Assembly (NCBI GenBank): GCA_001949185.1 | Contig: BDGG01000009.1 | Location: 1,353,624 to 1,417,623, forward strand | DNA: 64,000 nucleotides | Origin: Ramazzottius varieornatus | Taxonomy: Eukaryota; Animalia; Tardigrada | Reading direction: 5' to 3' | Part shown: in pieces, positions 40,386-56,484 of the stretch | Numbering within the stretch: position 1 is the first letter of the stretch | How the letters are laid out: every line of letters starts with the position of its first letter | The notes under the pieces: generated by a model | Seen by the model: the letters and a program-made list of their open reading frames with translations, nothing else | The model's database searches: none | Told to the model about the DNA's origin: nothing | Translations under genes and position numbers: made by a program

Positions 40386-41451
40386 GTCTTCTGCTGGATG
40401 GAGCGCCACAAATTCTGGTGAAAAGCCACGCTCAAACCTGCAACACAGCAAACACTGAAATCAATAGTCACAACGACAATCAAGTACCTATGCACTCTCA
40501 GCTAAACCTATCGTCGAGTTGAACAGTTTGTGACAGATTTCCATTTCTTCCTATCACTGATCACGTCAACAGGAAGCATGTTTCCGTATCCTAAAGCTCT
40601 TCACAGCAACGTAAGGACCAAGCAGGTTCGAGAGCGTAATTCGAACTCCAACCTGCAAATCTCACAACAGTCAACATCATGACAGAATGATGGGCTCATC
40701 GTCCGGCCAATGGATTGTGTGCTCTCTCACCGGCTCCTTGCCCAATCACTGTATGTCAACCTGACCAAGTACATCAAGGCGATACGAGCGCTACTTGATC
40801 GACCAGGGTCCCCTAAAGTCCCGAGATCGCTCCAGTTACCCGCACATCCTCACGCTACGGCGCCGGCCAATCCCAGCTTGCTCCGCAACTCTCTTCTGGA
40901 ATCTAATTACGCTAGGAAGGAGGATACATAGCATCTTTTCTCACCTTTCAACGATGGAACAGGAGATAAGGTTGAGTTCTGAGGGAAGATGGTGATGGAA
41001 CTGTCTCTGAATCTTGAAGAAAAGCACTGTATAAATTTTTCCCCAGTCCACTCCACTGAAGTCCACTCTCTGCTGTACATACAGGGAACAGAGAGGAACT
41101 CAAGCGTATAGGCCTTTTCTTGGATCCGATTTTGATTGGCTGCTTAGCACGTGACGTTTCAGCACGCTTCGTTTGATCGCCATGATCAAACTGGTGCCCG
41201 GAAGAGCTTCCCAAACTCTCGCTAGCTGCTAACCTATACGGCAGTCTGGTAAACTCTACCGCGTTCTTCTCTCAGTGCAACTTGCCCAAATTGTTGGCCG
41301 CGTTGTCCGCCCCACCTTCATATTTCCCAATTTCGCAATCCTTTTATTGCGTCACGTAGTTATCATGTCACACTTCCGGTCGTTCTCTATTGTAACTGTT
41401 CTCGACTACAGTCTACAGGCTCTCCTTGATTGATTAGTACGACGTTGTGCA

Positions 41452-42201
41452 ATGGCCGACGTGGAAGGAATGGAGGAAGCGCCTGCGGCTGTGGAAAGCG
41501 ATGTCGAGTCCGAGGTGGAAACTACAGAGTCCCAAGAAGCAGCCAAGGCACCTAAAGGACGGCCCAAGTCTGGAAGAATATGGAAGGTTAACCATCAACG
41601 GTGAGTGGAGGTTCCAAGGCTCTGGAGGAGACTTTGCAGGTGTTGTATTTTACGGACTTCATGGCGGGGCTGTTACCCAAGGAGCATTTTGGTCAGGGCC
41701 ATAGTCTCCTTTGTATTATGAAACGCCGGTATCTCGATCACGCCGTCAACCTGTAGCTGCGTGTGGTATATACTGTATATATATGAATTCGTTCAACCTG
41801 TTGTCCCTTGTAGGTTCTCTTCCGTGGTGAAAGTTCAACCTTTACGGACTACCTGGGCAACGAAGATGAAGGCGAAGACAGAACGGAAACTTACAAAAGC
41901 GCATGAAAAGGAAATGAGTGAAGAAAAGAAGAAAGAAAAGGAAGTACGTACATTGTGGAATGCGCGTTTATTTGTAGCTATCACAGTTGACCTCTTGGTG
42001 AAACATAGTGATGGAATGTAATTCATAGTGCTCTTTTAATGTCCCCATTTTCTTTCGCAGGATGCCAGGAAGCGCATAGAAGAACGGAAGAAGAGGCAAG
42101 AGGAAAACACCCGTCGTGCTGAAATTGTGCAGCCCATAAAGAACACGGCCAAGATAAAACGCATGAAACGGAAGCAACTCCGCAGTATCGAGAAACGTTA
42201 G
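41452..42201 (+). CDS. CCDC86: Coiled-coil domain-containing protein 86 (CGR1-family ribosome biogenesis factor); 3 exons
   Basis: [27 protein letters not shown]; [32 protein letters not shown]. Confidence 0.92.
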
Positions 42202-42700
42202 CTTAGACTCCGTGTTCACATTCTGCAAAACGTTAGACAAGCCAGAGCATTCGCAAAGGAGGTAGAGATATATTCATAATTCCGTCGAGGTAGTATGACT
42301 TGATTAACTTGATTGATAGTTGATTAACTTTACTTGAAGTTTGTGAAAATCTGCCCGTGTTGGGTCTTCGATGAGAGCTCTATAGCGACGTGGGGCTTCA
42401 CTCTTGACAAGATTGCTGGCTCTTAGATGTCTGGATTATCCCAGTTTGACGTGTTTGACGAAGAACGAGATGAGAAACCAACAGACGATAAAAATCAGAG
42501 CAACACCGGTTGGCACAAAGACGGAACTACGATGTCGATACACCGGACAAAGCGGAACACAAACATGAGCATCAGAGTAATTGGTAATACGCGTCTAACA
42601 CCATAAAAAGCTCTCAAAACACACTCTAAGCAGAAGAGAATATTGTAGCAGCATTCTGTAAAGACATGTCGGCGACCGAAGCACCAAGACCGAAGACTGC

Positions 42701-44981
42701 CTAATAGGCGTGCTTCTCGACGTACAGACTTTCCGCGGCAGCTCCGGCAGCGGCGCCAGCTCCTTGATACTGACCGACACAAGCTTGGCTGTTAGCCTAC
42801 GAGACATATACCATCGGCATTGGAAATTGTCAACCACTGTCAAATTGGTCAAAGTGGCAAGGAAGAAGCAAATCATTTACTCCAAAGTACCTTAGCACGC
42901 TTAATCAGCTCTTCCTGGGCCTGCTTGTAATTTTCCTCCTTGCCGGCCCACGTTTTCAGCACGCTGGCCTGCAGAGCACGGCCGTAGGAGAATGTCAGCT
43001 TCCAGGGCTTCTTTCCCTGGAATTTGTTGATGGCATCGAGGTTGACCGTCGCATCCTCCTCAGACTGACCGCCAGACAAGAAGACAACACCTGAACAAGT
43101 AATGCCTACATGACATAGTCGGACGAAGCAAGAGATAAAAGGCCTACCTGATTACTTACCAACGACTGCCGGTGGAACCGTGCGAGCCAAGGCCGTCACT
43201 GTGGCACGAGCGATGTCTTGATGCGAGTACTTCTTGGGGCACTGCATACCAGCCGTGACCATGTTGGGCTTCAGCAGCGTACCTTCCAAGTAGACGTGGT
43301 GATCAGATAGAGCTTTGTATTGCATAGCCAGAACCTGGCAAGAAACCCAAGTGTTATTTACAACAATCAGCCATCAGTCTTGGTTATCTGGTGGATCGCC
43401 AGCAGAGGCCAACAACTAAGCCACACATGGGGTGAATAAAGACAGCCTACCTTCTCGGTAATCCACTGCGCTCGCTCCAGATCGTGATCTCCGTCGGGCA
43501 GAACCTCGGGCTCGACGATGGGCACCAGGCCGTTCTGTTGGCAGATGCTAGCGTAACGGGCCAGGACGTAGCAGTTCTCTACCATGGCGGTCCACGATGG
43601 CGTTCGGTTACCGATGGTCAGCACGCCGCGCCACTTGGCAAAGTCCGCCCCGTCCTTCTTGTACTGAGCACAACGCTCACCCAAACCGTCCAAACCTGAC
43701 ACAAACACACCCAAGTCAATCTTCCATTTCCTCCCACAAGTATTGACCTAGTAACCATAAGCAGACTGACGAACCTTGGGTGGTAGTTTCGCCATCAGTG
43801 CCAGCGATGGGAACGACACCCTTGTCCACCTTGATGCCAACGAGGATGCCGTTGTCCTTCAGCAGTTGCGTGAAGGTTCGGCCATCATCGGCTTTCTGGT
43901 ACATGGTTTCATGGAAGAGGATGACACCACCCAGGTACTGCGAGAGAGCCTTTCCATTGCCCTCTCCAGCAGTGAAGAGACACTGCCGGTAAAGGCGGCG
44001 GTTCTCTTCCGTGTTCTCAACGTTGATGGACTGCAGACGCTTGGCGATGGAACCTGCCGTAAGTCACCAAACAAAGCGTCAAGCACTGACAGCACAAAAA
44101 CAGGGAGACAGTGGAAGACGATCACCTACCGGTACTTTCATCGGCAGCGAGGATTCCCTTGCCAGAAGCGACGATACGGTTGGCAATGTCAGCCAGCTCC
44201 TTCTTCTGGGCGTCCGACAGGTACTGCGGCACCGACGGGGCTCCCTGCTTCTGCTGAAACAACAAGGTAAGGGCAATCAATGATATTAGTTATGAGGGTC
44301 TCAGCCTCAATGGACCGCATCTAGCAGCTAGGACCAACTACAGAACCGATTAGGCCAAAACTGCGCCGTAACACCAGGCGAAACTGACCGGAGCTGCAGC
44401 CTGAGAGATGGACATCTTTGACAAGGAAGTAATGCAACCAGTATGGTCGATCAGCCACCAATTCCCTCAATACACTGGTTTCCCTGTTACAATGCTACTA
44501 CAACGAAGGCTTAACTGGCTTTAGGCTTGGGAGCAGGGAGGTAACAAGGATGCGGATACTGCTGTCAAGCACAGGTCCATGACAACACTTGCGCTATCTC
44601 CTATCGCAACATCAGGTCTGATGTCCCTCAAACACCTATTATACCCTGCCTGAACTGACTGCCTGCAGGCAGATGCCTCTTCTCAACGGCCTTCAGGGAC
44701 GAAAACATCCACCTGCCTAGGGTAGGCGCGACTCGTCCATGGTCACGCGACCATACCACCATGGTCACACTACGACCATATGGTCACGGTCGCGACCATG
44801 GGCGCATGGTCGCATGGTCAGATCGCGTCCAGCCTGCACCTGCCTGATGGGATACTTGTTATTGGGTATAAACCAATTCAGCGGCCTGCGCTACTCGGCT
44901 TTTCCGAGGAGGTGATCACAACCACCTACGGAAAGCGTGGCAGTTAGCAGGAAACACGACACTTACCTCTTCACCAGACAT
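42701..44981 (-). CDS. ALDO: Fructose-bisphosphate aldolase class I, with two alternative first coding exons
   Basis: [91 protein letters not shown]-terminal HAY*. Candidate first exons: MSGEE (44981-44967) or MSISQAAAP (44415-44389). Confidence 0.97.
44739..44820. repeat. Cluster of short inverted repeats ATGGTCAC-N(1-5)-CGACCAT, three copies plus partial units, between the aldolase first exons
   Basis: Units at 44739-44754, 44761-44779 and 44780-44799, followed by CATGGTCGCATGGTCA. Confidence 0.8.
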
Positions 44982-45512
44982 CTTGATGCTCGTTGGCTCG
45001 AGGAGTAGCTCGGCAGGATACCGGATACGGAAAGGGCGATGACAAGGATCGAAGAAGACTGTGCGAATGTTCCGGGCCAAAAATAAAAAACATTAAATAA
45101 TCATTGGCTGCGGCTGTCATCCACAAACGTTGCATCGGCTGAGGGATCTTGAAATCAAGGCATCTGATTGCATCGCATGGGCGGCATCTCTGCCCGGCGT
45201 ACGTACAGAGTGTGTGGTGACGTCAGACGTTAACACTCCAAGTCAAAGTCCCCTGGGCTGCAGGCTGGGGTCGCTGGGCAAACGTCTGCCCTTGAGGGCC
45301 CGTAGGCTGCGTGATGACTCATCGATTGCGGCTGCTGTGATGCCCACACAGTTCTGCAGGAAGGCCATGAAGTAGCTCCCGAAGTCCTAACTCTGAAGAT
45401 TGTTCACCTTGTTGCTGCAGAGGTCGGAGTGCGAAGCGTACTCTCTAGTGGTACTCCCAGTGTCGGGTTAAGGTTCTACTGCAAGCACTTTGAAGCGAGC
45501 CACTGTTTTAGG

Positions 45513-48081
45513 ATGGGAGCGGATACAGCCGAATACCTGGATTGTCTGCGACAGGGATGCAGCTCCTTCGTCTTGCTCTTGCTAGTCCCACTGACCATCC
45601 TTCTCATCGGTCCGGCCATCCGCCCGGTTCAAGCAGTCCATCAGTTGACGTTTCAGAGGATGCAGCAGTATGATTTGTCGGGTTCCAGCAGAGGTATGTT
45701 GCTAGCTTTGCCACTTCCGGTTGAATACGACTGATGGCTGACTCTTACAGGATCTTCCGGCGTTAGTCTCAACTGCGAAGTCCGAACTCTGTCCAGCGCT
45801 TCGGTGACCCGGCGATGTGTGGTCCTGTCTTGGAAAGAATTCATCGCCAACGACCTACGGTCCATCGTCAACAGAGGCGTGGTTGCGCTCATCATCGTGC
45901 TGCCTCGAAACCTCAGCACGATCGACGGAGACAATCGGCAGGTAAAAGACGGTTGCCAGTCTGACGCTCTCATGACTTGAACCAGTAAGCTGATGGTCAT
46001 GGCTTCTCTTCAGGCCTTTGTCGAAGCCGAGCGTTCGATTCTGCGGATGGAGCTGCAAATTCCCGTCTACTTTGCCAACCAGACTGATGTGGTGACGGAA
46101 TGGCTGCAATCCTTGTCCTTCCATGCCGAACTGAACGCGCCACAAACCGCCGTTGAAGGTATGTTAATGACATATATCATCCCTTAGCCAAGAGCCGCAA
46201 ACTTAACTTATGGGGTTGGCCTGTGCCAAAAGTAGGGAACGGAGGTCTGATGGGCTGCCATCTTGTTCTCATCGGTCTTGATTCTTGCAGAACTAATGCA
46301 GCAAATCACTGGGGACTACTTTTACCTGTCGAGTAATCAATACTCTGTCAAGCAGCTGAACGATGCCAAGGCCACCAACTTTGTGGGACGGCTGGGCTCT
46401 GGCAGTGCCGTCGGCGGAAGTGAGAACCAGGGAGTCATTGTCCTAGTTGCTCACCTGGACGCATTCGGCGTGGCGCCCAGCCTGTCCTTCGGAGCCAACT
46501 CGGATGCTTCCGGAGTGGCGGCTGTAGCTGAAACAGGTCGGATATTTTTCTAGAATANNNNNNNNNNNNNNNNNNNNNNNNNNNNNNNNNNNNNNNNNNN
46601 NNNNNNNCTGACCATTCTTCTTGAACACAGTGCGTGTGCTGAGCAAGTTGTCAAGGAGTCAAAAGTCTTCACCGAAAATCGACTTGATGGTACTGATCAG
46701 CGGTGGAGGAAAATACAACTTTTTTGGAACGAAGAAATGGCTGGATGAACAGGGAGAAAATGCCGAGAGCAGCCTGGCCTCGCGCATTCGCTACGCGGTC
46801 TGTGTCGATGGAGTGGGTAATGGTGGTCAGCTGCGGACCTATGTCTCGCGACCACCGAAGGAAGGCAGTACCATTGGTCGCTCTCTCCAGGTTGGCTACT
46901 GCTGATGTGCCTACGACACCCTATCCTAGTATGTCCTCTTGACTCATGTGCTAATCTTCCACCAATCATTCTAGTTCCTAAACCAGACGTCGGAAAAGGT
47001 GATGGACGAAGTGGCTCTGATGGTTCACAAGAAGATCAACCTGGCCGACGACGAACTGGTATGTATACTTTGTCTGATGGGATGAGACGTTGCTGTCGGC
47101 ACAGTAGTTTAGCATCATCCGTGCCCAACTACTCTTCCCACCTGACTTGCACGTGGATTGGCGCTGCAACACCTGTCTTGCTTTTGCAGGCTTGGGAACA
47201 CGAACAGTTCAGCTTGGCAAAAGTCCCAGCCTTCACCTTGTCAAGAGTCAGTATGGACAGTGGGTCGGAACGGCGAACCATCCTCGATGTCGAGTAAGAA
47301 CCAAAGTCTGTAAGACAATTCACAGTCGGCTTTCATGCTGCAGTCAGCTGAAATAAGTCAAGTCATGTTGTTGATAGTTCGGCCATTGACATGAAGTTCT
47401 TGATGAAAACTGTCGAGATACTGACAAAGACTCTGGCAGCGGACATGTATGGATTCACAGAAGACGAAAGTAACGTCTTGGACAGTTCCTTCCTGGTAAG
47501 TGGTGCGTTTTTGGCCGAATGCGCAGTGGACCCATTCGAGTGATGGCTTGCTTTCAGGCTGTCGATGAAGACAACATCAAATCCTGGATGCGGCTGCTTA
47601 CCCAACAGCCTCGCTCTCTTCAAATGCTGACGGCAGACCATCCAGCCATGGCGGCAGTCAAGGAGCATCTAACCAAACATTTGACGGAAGTGACCATCAA
47701 GCAACTGACAGAGAAGGGGTACGGGAGGGTTCTCTCTTGCTATCTAAGATGGTACTTATTTCCTTCCTTGCCCAGGGACACCGAGCTGATCGTTTATGGC
47801 CCTATGGAAGTGACCGTGACGGCTAGCAGGACGAAGCAGCCTTTCTTTGATCTTTTACTCACTGCTGTCATTGGCCTTTACGGTGCGCTAGTCTACTTCC
47901 TGCTGCAGGTAAGGACCTGACGACGTTCCCCGATCAAGAGGCGCCTTATCCATGAGGTATATGATTGTACGTTCCGTTGCAGTACGTGGACCTGATCACA
48001 GTCGCTAGACGACTACTGGGGCCTCTGCTGCTGGGATCCGGCATCAGAACGCGATACTCCAAGCCTACAAAGTATCAGTAA
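45513..48081 (+). CDS. NCLN: Nicalin (M28 peptidase-like ER membrane protein)
   Basis: HQLTFQRMQQYDLSG, IPVYFA, IVLVAHLDAFGVAPSLSFGANSDASGVAA, GGGKYNFFGTKKWLD, HKKINLADDELAWEHEQFS, C-terminal TM PFFDLLLTAVIGLY. An N gap lies within an intron. Confidence 0.94.
46558..46607. other. Assembly gap (50 N) inside a nicalin intron
   Basis: Run of N. Confidence 0.99.
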
Positions 48082-48396
48082 GCACCACCACGGTAGGGTG
48101 CATGATGGTTTTGACTTTTATACGCCATGATCGCCCAGTTCCCCTGTGTGAGTCTGACAAAATCAATAAAAGTTCTCATGACTTTGAACTATGCCAAAAG
48201 ATAGCACGCTGTAATGCGCAGCTAAAAAAGATTTCTGTTTTTACCTCTGATGTATAGCGCATGCAGTACTTGTCGTTACCTGATAAATGGCCAGGTAACT
48301 GAAATAAAACTTGAACGGAAAATAATATGAAAACTTTTCTCGGTAAAAGTTTAAGATTTGAGCAGAGCTTCGTTACCACGGAATTTATAAGTCAGT

Positions 48397-50714
48397 CTAT
48401 TGCATAATGGGCATGGCTGTGGCCGATCTGGTGTCCGTCGTGTCGGACTCTCTCCATAGTTGTGTGATGGTCTTGGTCTGCGTGTAGAAGGAGAGGCCAG
48501 ACTTTCCGTAAAAGTTACTGTCGCCAGCAAAGCTAGCGCGCGAGCCGGTGAAACTGAACATGGGTAACCTGCAGACAAAAGTCAGCGTGGCCGTTGCCTT
48601 TTCCGGTGGGGTTTCTGTCCGACAGAGATCGTGAGTGGACTTACGGCACTGGGATAGGGACATTCACTCCGATCTGGCCAACATCAATCTCGTGGGTAAA
48701 CTTTCTGGCGGTGGCGCCGTTTGTTGTGAAGATAGCTGTTCCGTTGCCTGTAACAACAATTTCTTTGCAATTGACCTCCTAAGTTGATGACAGCTGCGTT
48801 ATGCAATCTGACCATAAGGATTCTTGTTGATAAGATCGATTGCTTCATCCAAGGTTTCGGCGGTCAGGACACACAAGACCGGCCCGAAAATCTCTTCTTT
48901 GTAGCACTCCATATCGGGGCGGACATCGCTCAAGATTGTCGGCCCGATAAAGTTACCCTTCTCGTAGCCTGCAAAGTACAAAGCGTCATAGATGCTGTTA
49001 TCAGTTACTTCACTCCATCTTGTCATTACAAGACGACAAGACGAGCAGACCTTTCACTTTGACATCTCGACCATCCAAGACCAGGGTGGCACCTTCCTTC
49101 ACACCGCTTTGGATCAGCTGCAGGATGCGGTCTTTGGCTTCCGGCGAGATGACTGGACCGAGGTCGGCATCAGGCACGTGTCCAGCGTTGACTTTCAGCT
49201 TCTTGGCTCTTTCGGCCAACTCAGGGATCCACTTCTTGGCCTCACCCACGAAGACGGCGGTGGTCAAGGCCATACAACGTTGTCCGGCCGCACCGAAAGC
49301 AGCTCCCACAAGCTGTTAAGACAATTTGCCAGCCTTCTAGTACTTCATCAACGAAACATACCCTCGGTTAAAACTGAAGTAAGCCGACCGGCCACCGCGT
49401 ACCTGTGTCAGGGTGTTTTCCTTGTTGGCGTCGGGCATAATTACGCCATGGTTCTTTGCTCCTAAAAAGCCTGAATTAGCCCAAATTATGCTGGTACGCG
49501 TAATTGTGTAAACGAGCTTTTACCTAAATTAGCTTGAACGCGTTTGCCGTTCTTGGAGCCTCTTTCGTAGATGTAGCGACCAACCTTGTCGGAACCGACG
49601 AAAGAGATGGCTTGAATATCTGGATGGTCGCAGATAAAGTTGACGGCATCGTGGGCGCCGTGGATGACGTTAACGCAGCCATCGGGAATGCCGGCTTCCT
49701 TGCCCAGCTCCACCAGCCGCATGCAGGCGCCGGGATCTTTCTCCGATGGCTTGATGACGTAGGTGTTGCCGCAAACCAAGGCCAGAGGAAACATCCAAAG
49801 CGGAATCATAGCCTATAAAAGTCCAAGATGCAAAATTGCTACCAGCTTCCTATTTCTTGACAGCGCGACATCTTAGCATTGCGCCTGTCATACCGGGAAG
49901 TTGAAGGGAGTTATGCCGGCACAAACGCCGAGTGGCACGCGGAATGTCAGTGTGTCCATATCTTTCGATACCGAGGGTAGAGTTTCACCCAGCTGGAGGG
50001 ACGTAATACTGCAGCAATGGTCAACAACCTGCAGAGAAGCGCACATGGAGTCGGACCACCACTATCCAGAAATTGACCAAGGGACATCACAGCCGCGCGG
50101 AACTCACCTGAAGACCTCGCAGTACGTCACCTTCCGCGTCGACCAGGGTTTTCCCTTGTTCTTTCGTCACAAGCTGCGCTAGTTCTTTCATGTTTTGCCG
50201 GATGAGATGTTGGTATCGGAACATAACTTGTTGACGGGTCAGAACTGAAGTGCGAGACCAGTCTTTGAACGCTCTCTACAAAGTAACATCGATGGTCAAT
50301 CGTAGATTATTCTATCCAAGATTCATCTTCCCTGCTTACCTTGGCGGAAGCAACTGCATCCTCCATTTCCTGCCTTGTACTCTTGGGCACCAGAGTGATC
50401 ACTACAATATCAAGTAATGACGGTATCCGTTTGATGCGATACTCTTGTTGGGGATATATAGTACATTATTAGTAGTATTCCTCTTCACTGCCTTCAGCCC
50501 TCGCAAGCCAGCGATAGATCTTAGTATTACCTTCATTGGTAGCCGGGTCTTTCAGTTCGATCCAGTCATTGGTTTTGGACTCAACCATTCGGCCATCAAT
50601 AAAGTTCTTGGTGGTGGGAATGTTACTTCCGGTCGACGCGAAGGTCCGCAACTGGAACGTCCATAAAGCGTTCTTCTTCATACCAGAAAGGCTTCTCAGT
50701 AATATCGGAGCCAT
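48397..50714 (-). CDS. ALDH6A1: Methylmalonate-semialdehyde dehydrogenase, mitochondrial
   Basis: Transit-peptide-like N-terminus; [47 protein letters not shown] (catalytic Cys), [37 protein letters not shown]. Confidence 0.96.
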
Positions 50715-51204
50715 CCTCAACGCTTGTATGGTAATTTTGGCTATCCAGTGACCCAGGAACCCAGAGTCCTGCAAAGACGCACCTACAAAACGGCAATGAA
50801 AATGAAGATCCCTGCGAACTCGCGCAACAGGCTAAACAGTGGCTAAACTTTCGCCTGTTGAACACGCTGTATTGAAACGTCGCCTACTTACAGGAAACTG
50901 TAACAGCACGTGGGTGGGCTTCCAACAACGATGACTTGACGAGTGCAACAGGTTCTAAACTCCACAAAGCTAAAAGACGCTCCATGCACGGCTTCCTTGC
51001 GACGGAAACGGAAGTTCAAAGCAAGTTTTGAATGAGCAGCTGACAAACAGCTGATAGGCTCAATAGGTGGGTGTGGCTGTGGGAGACCGCGCGCTGTGAC
51101 ATCATCCATTGCACCAACATGTACAAGCACTGATTGAATTTCTTGATAGAAACCTGTGCAGAACTTGTTTCTGCTATGCTTCCAGGTTTCCTCGATAGTC
51201 CTCG

Positions 51205-53125
51205 ATGACCATGGCCGTCCTGTTCAGCCAGGAACAACTACTGGGACAGCTGGAAACGACGGTTGAGCGTACTCTCTATGCTGGTTTGGCACAAGGTTCT
51301 ATCTTCAGCAATTTGTCGGAGGAGGAGCGATCGGAGAATGCCCAGAAATGGCTGTCTTGGACTCTGGGCCAGAAGAACCTCAAAGCCGCCACTTTTAAAG
51401 TTCCTACGGGTATATTGCCGGAACACTTGGAAGGGGAGCTGACCGACGTTCGGGTCTTCTCCCGCGGACCAGATGATAAGGTATACGACCAGAATCCCCT
51501 CTTCCGCAAACGCGTCGCTCGCGGCAATTGCGTCTTGGAGATACGCAACCGCAAAGACCATTCCACTCGAGCAGATGGTGTCATCTTCGCGCTGAAAAAG
51601 TTCACTGGTGGTCTAGGTAAGTAAGCTTCTATACTCTCATCTGCGGGATACCGCGGCCAGTTGGACTAAACCTGCACAATTAAAGTAGTTCGGCACTTGA
51701 CTTTTCCGCGATTTATTTCGAGGCCTTAATGAATCTGTTACATCAAATTATCTGGAATTTCTACTTCTTGCAGGTGACGATGATGATCGGGAGATTGGGT
51801 AATTATTAGGTATAATTTGTAGTACCTCGTACCGCGAATGTCGATAATGTTATATTGTTTAAATATGAATATCGACGCCTTTTTTCTAATTAGTCGGTTT
51901 TGTTTGCATTCGATTGTAACGTTGAATTTCTTTCAGGGATGGCTTCAAATACGAGAAATACTTCAACCAGCCGATCGAGAATGCCGAGCGAGTTATCTGT
52001 ACGAGAAAGATGAATGGTGAAGCGGCGCATTTCGCCGTGCGGTGGATGGAGGATGATTTTTACATTATAGCCGGCTCGAAGAATGTCCACCTCTTGTTCC
52101 GCAAGCGAGAAGAGATCGAACTGTATGGCGAACCACGCTTCCAAGTGGCCCGAGACGTGGCCAGGACTTGCTTCGACGAGCTGCAGGCTATGAAGGAAGA
52201 ACTTCGCTGGAGACTCTTCAGCTTCTTCCACCACACCAAATTCACGGCCGTTTTGGAGATCCTGCTTCCGCATTACCAACACGTCGAAAATCTGTCCAGC
52301 TATGCTGAGCCTGCCCTTTACTTTATCAGCTGGTCCAAGACCGATTTTGCTGAAGGTTACGAGGAGGACATTTGTGTCCCACCAGACATGGGACAGAAGG
52401 TAGCTGCTGCTTTCGGCCTTCGTACGACGGGTAAAAATTCGAAGAAACGCTTTTGACAACACCCGATGGTCTTGACTTCTCTTATCGATAACCCTTATAT
52501 CTCTTACGCAGGCTTTGAGAGCATTCTGCATAAAGACCTCAAGGCCAAGCTGATACAGATCCGAACGGCGCATGGAACAGAAGGACAGGTTTTGTATTTC
52601 GTAGATAAAGACCAAAAAGTCATCGGCCTGCTGAAAAAGAAGACTATCTGGTACGGAGCTTGATATGACGCAAAAAACTAGCCACTCTGATGGAGTTGCT
52701 GTACATGCAGGTACATTATCCTTCGTGCTATTCGTGAAAAGGCCAAGAACGGGGCGTCCAAGCTTCGACGCAACGAAAGTTCGCAGTTTGACCTGGCTGA
52801 CACTCAAATCCGAACCTGCAAGCGCATTCGCGAGATTAAGCGTTGGTTGGGGCTGGACGAGAAGGCGACGGCGGAATGGCAGGACCTGGCCACCGGCTTC
52901 TTGAAATGGCTAGCCCACATGTTCAAGAGCAAAGCCATAAAGAGCGAAGAGCTGTTTAGTTTGTATCCGGTCGTCTGGGCCAACTATCTGAAGAGTGCTG
53001 GTCGGACAGACAAGATCGGCGTGACCAGCTGTTCCCTCATCGACGACCCCGACGAACCCCACCCGGAAGCAGCGCCACAGCCAGAGCCCACCGACAGAGA
53101 CGGCCATGACCAAGGCCATTCCTAA
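51205..53125 (+). CDS. Stand-alone ATP-dependent RNA ligase of the Trl1/T4 Rnl1 type, 5 exons, 494 aa
   Basis: Exons 51205-51616, 51774-51798, 51937-52430, 52512-52650 and 52711-53125, phase-consistent. Motifs in order: ARG..ALKKF, motif I TRKMNGE, Ia GSKN, III FTAVLE..QHV, IIIa LYFI, IV TEGQV, V LKKKTIWYIILRAIREKAK. Confidence 0.78.
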
Positions 53126-53750
53126 AGTCGCGGCCTTCAGCTCCTCTTGTCCATTGAGATATTTGCATGTCAGCCAGCTAGAGGAACCCAGTTGAGATTC
53201 CATGGTTATGTACGGTATTGTCGTCCGGCTTCCGCTAGGTCTCTTTTTGTACTGGTCGGCCAAGCAGCCGACTGCTCTTTGTACTTGACTTTTTCACTTG
53301 GACCTTCAAGTTGTCATGTTATCTATTGCCGTGTCTTATGAAGGTCTTTCATCATTTCTCCTGTGTCATGAGGACTTGTATATCCACCGAGGTGGCTGTT
53401 GAAGTTGTTAATTTTGACCGAAAAGAGTGTGATACCCGTGGGCTTGGTGTAACCTACTAGTCGTGGCTTGTTGTCCATTTGATGCCAGCTCGAGTTTACT
53501 CGGTATCCACTTTGTGGTTGCATGGCTGACTGACTTGTGTGCATGGAGTTTTCAGCACATTCCGTACACCATTGTTCTATGCAAAACCACAAATGGAACG
53601 GTGCATTTGGTCCCCACCCTCAATGAGTACCTGATTGTGGATAAGTGAGCAGCTCTTCTTAGCTTGCTACAGCGCAAAGTTCGATTAGCTTACTAACAAC
53701 AGATGCTCCGAAGGTGAACTTGTTCGGTTGAGGAGGGTGACTTTGATGGT

Positions 53751-56484
<2,734 letters not shown>

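Noticed and set aside
30204-50714. UPB1 plus ALDH6A1 as a beta-alanine catabolism cluster
   Set aside because: About 16 kb apart with five unrelated genes between them and no linking transaminase; probably coincidence.
51890-52807. 305-aa minus-strand ORF
   Set aside because: Antisense to the RNA ligase exons, runs through their introns, and has no motifs.
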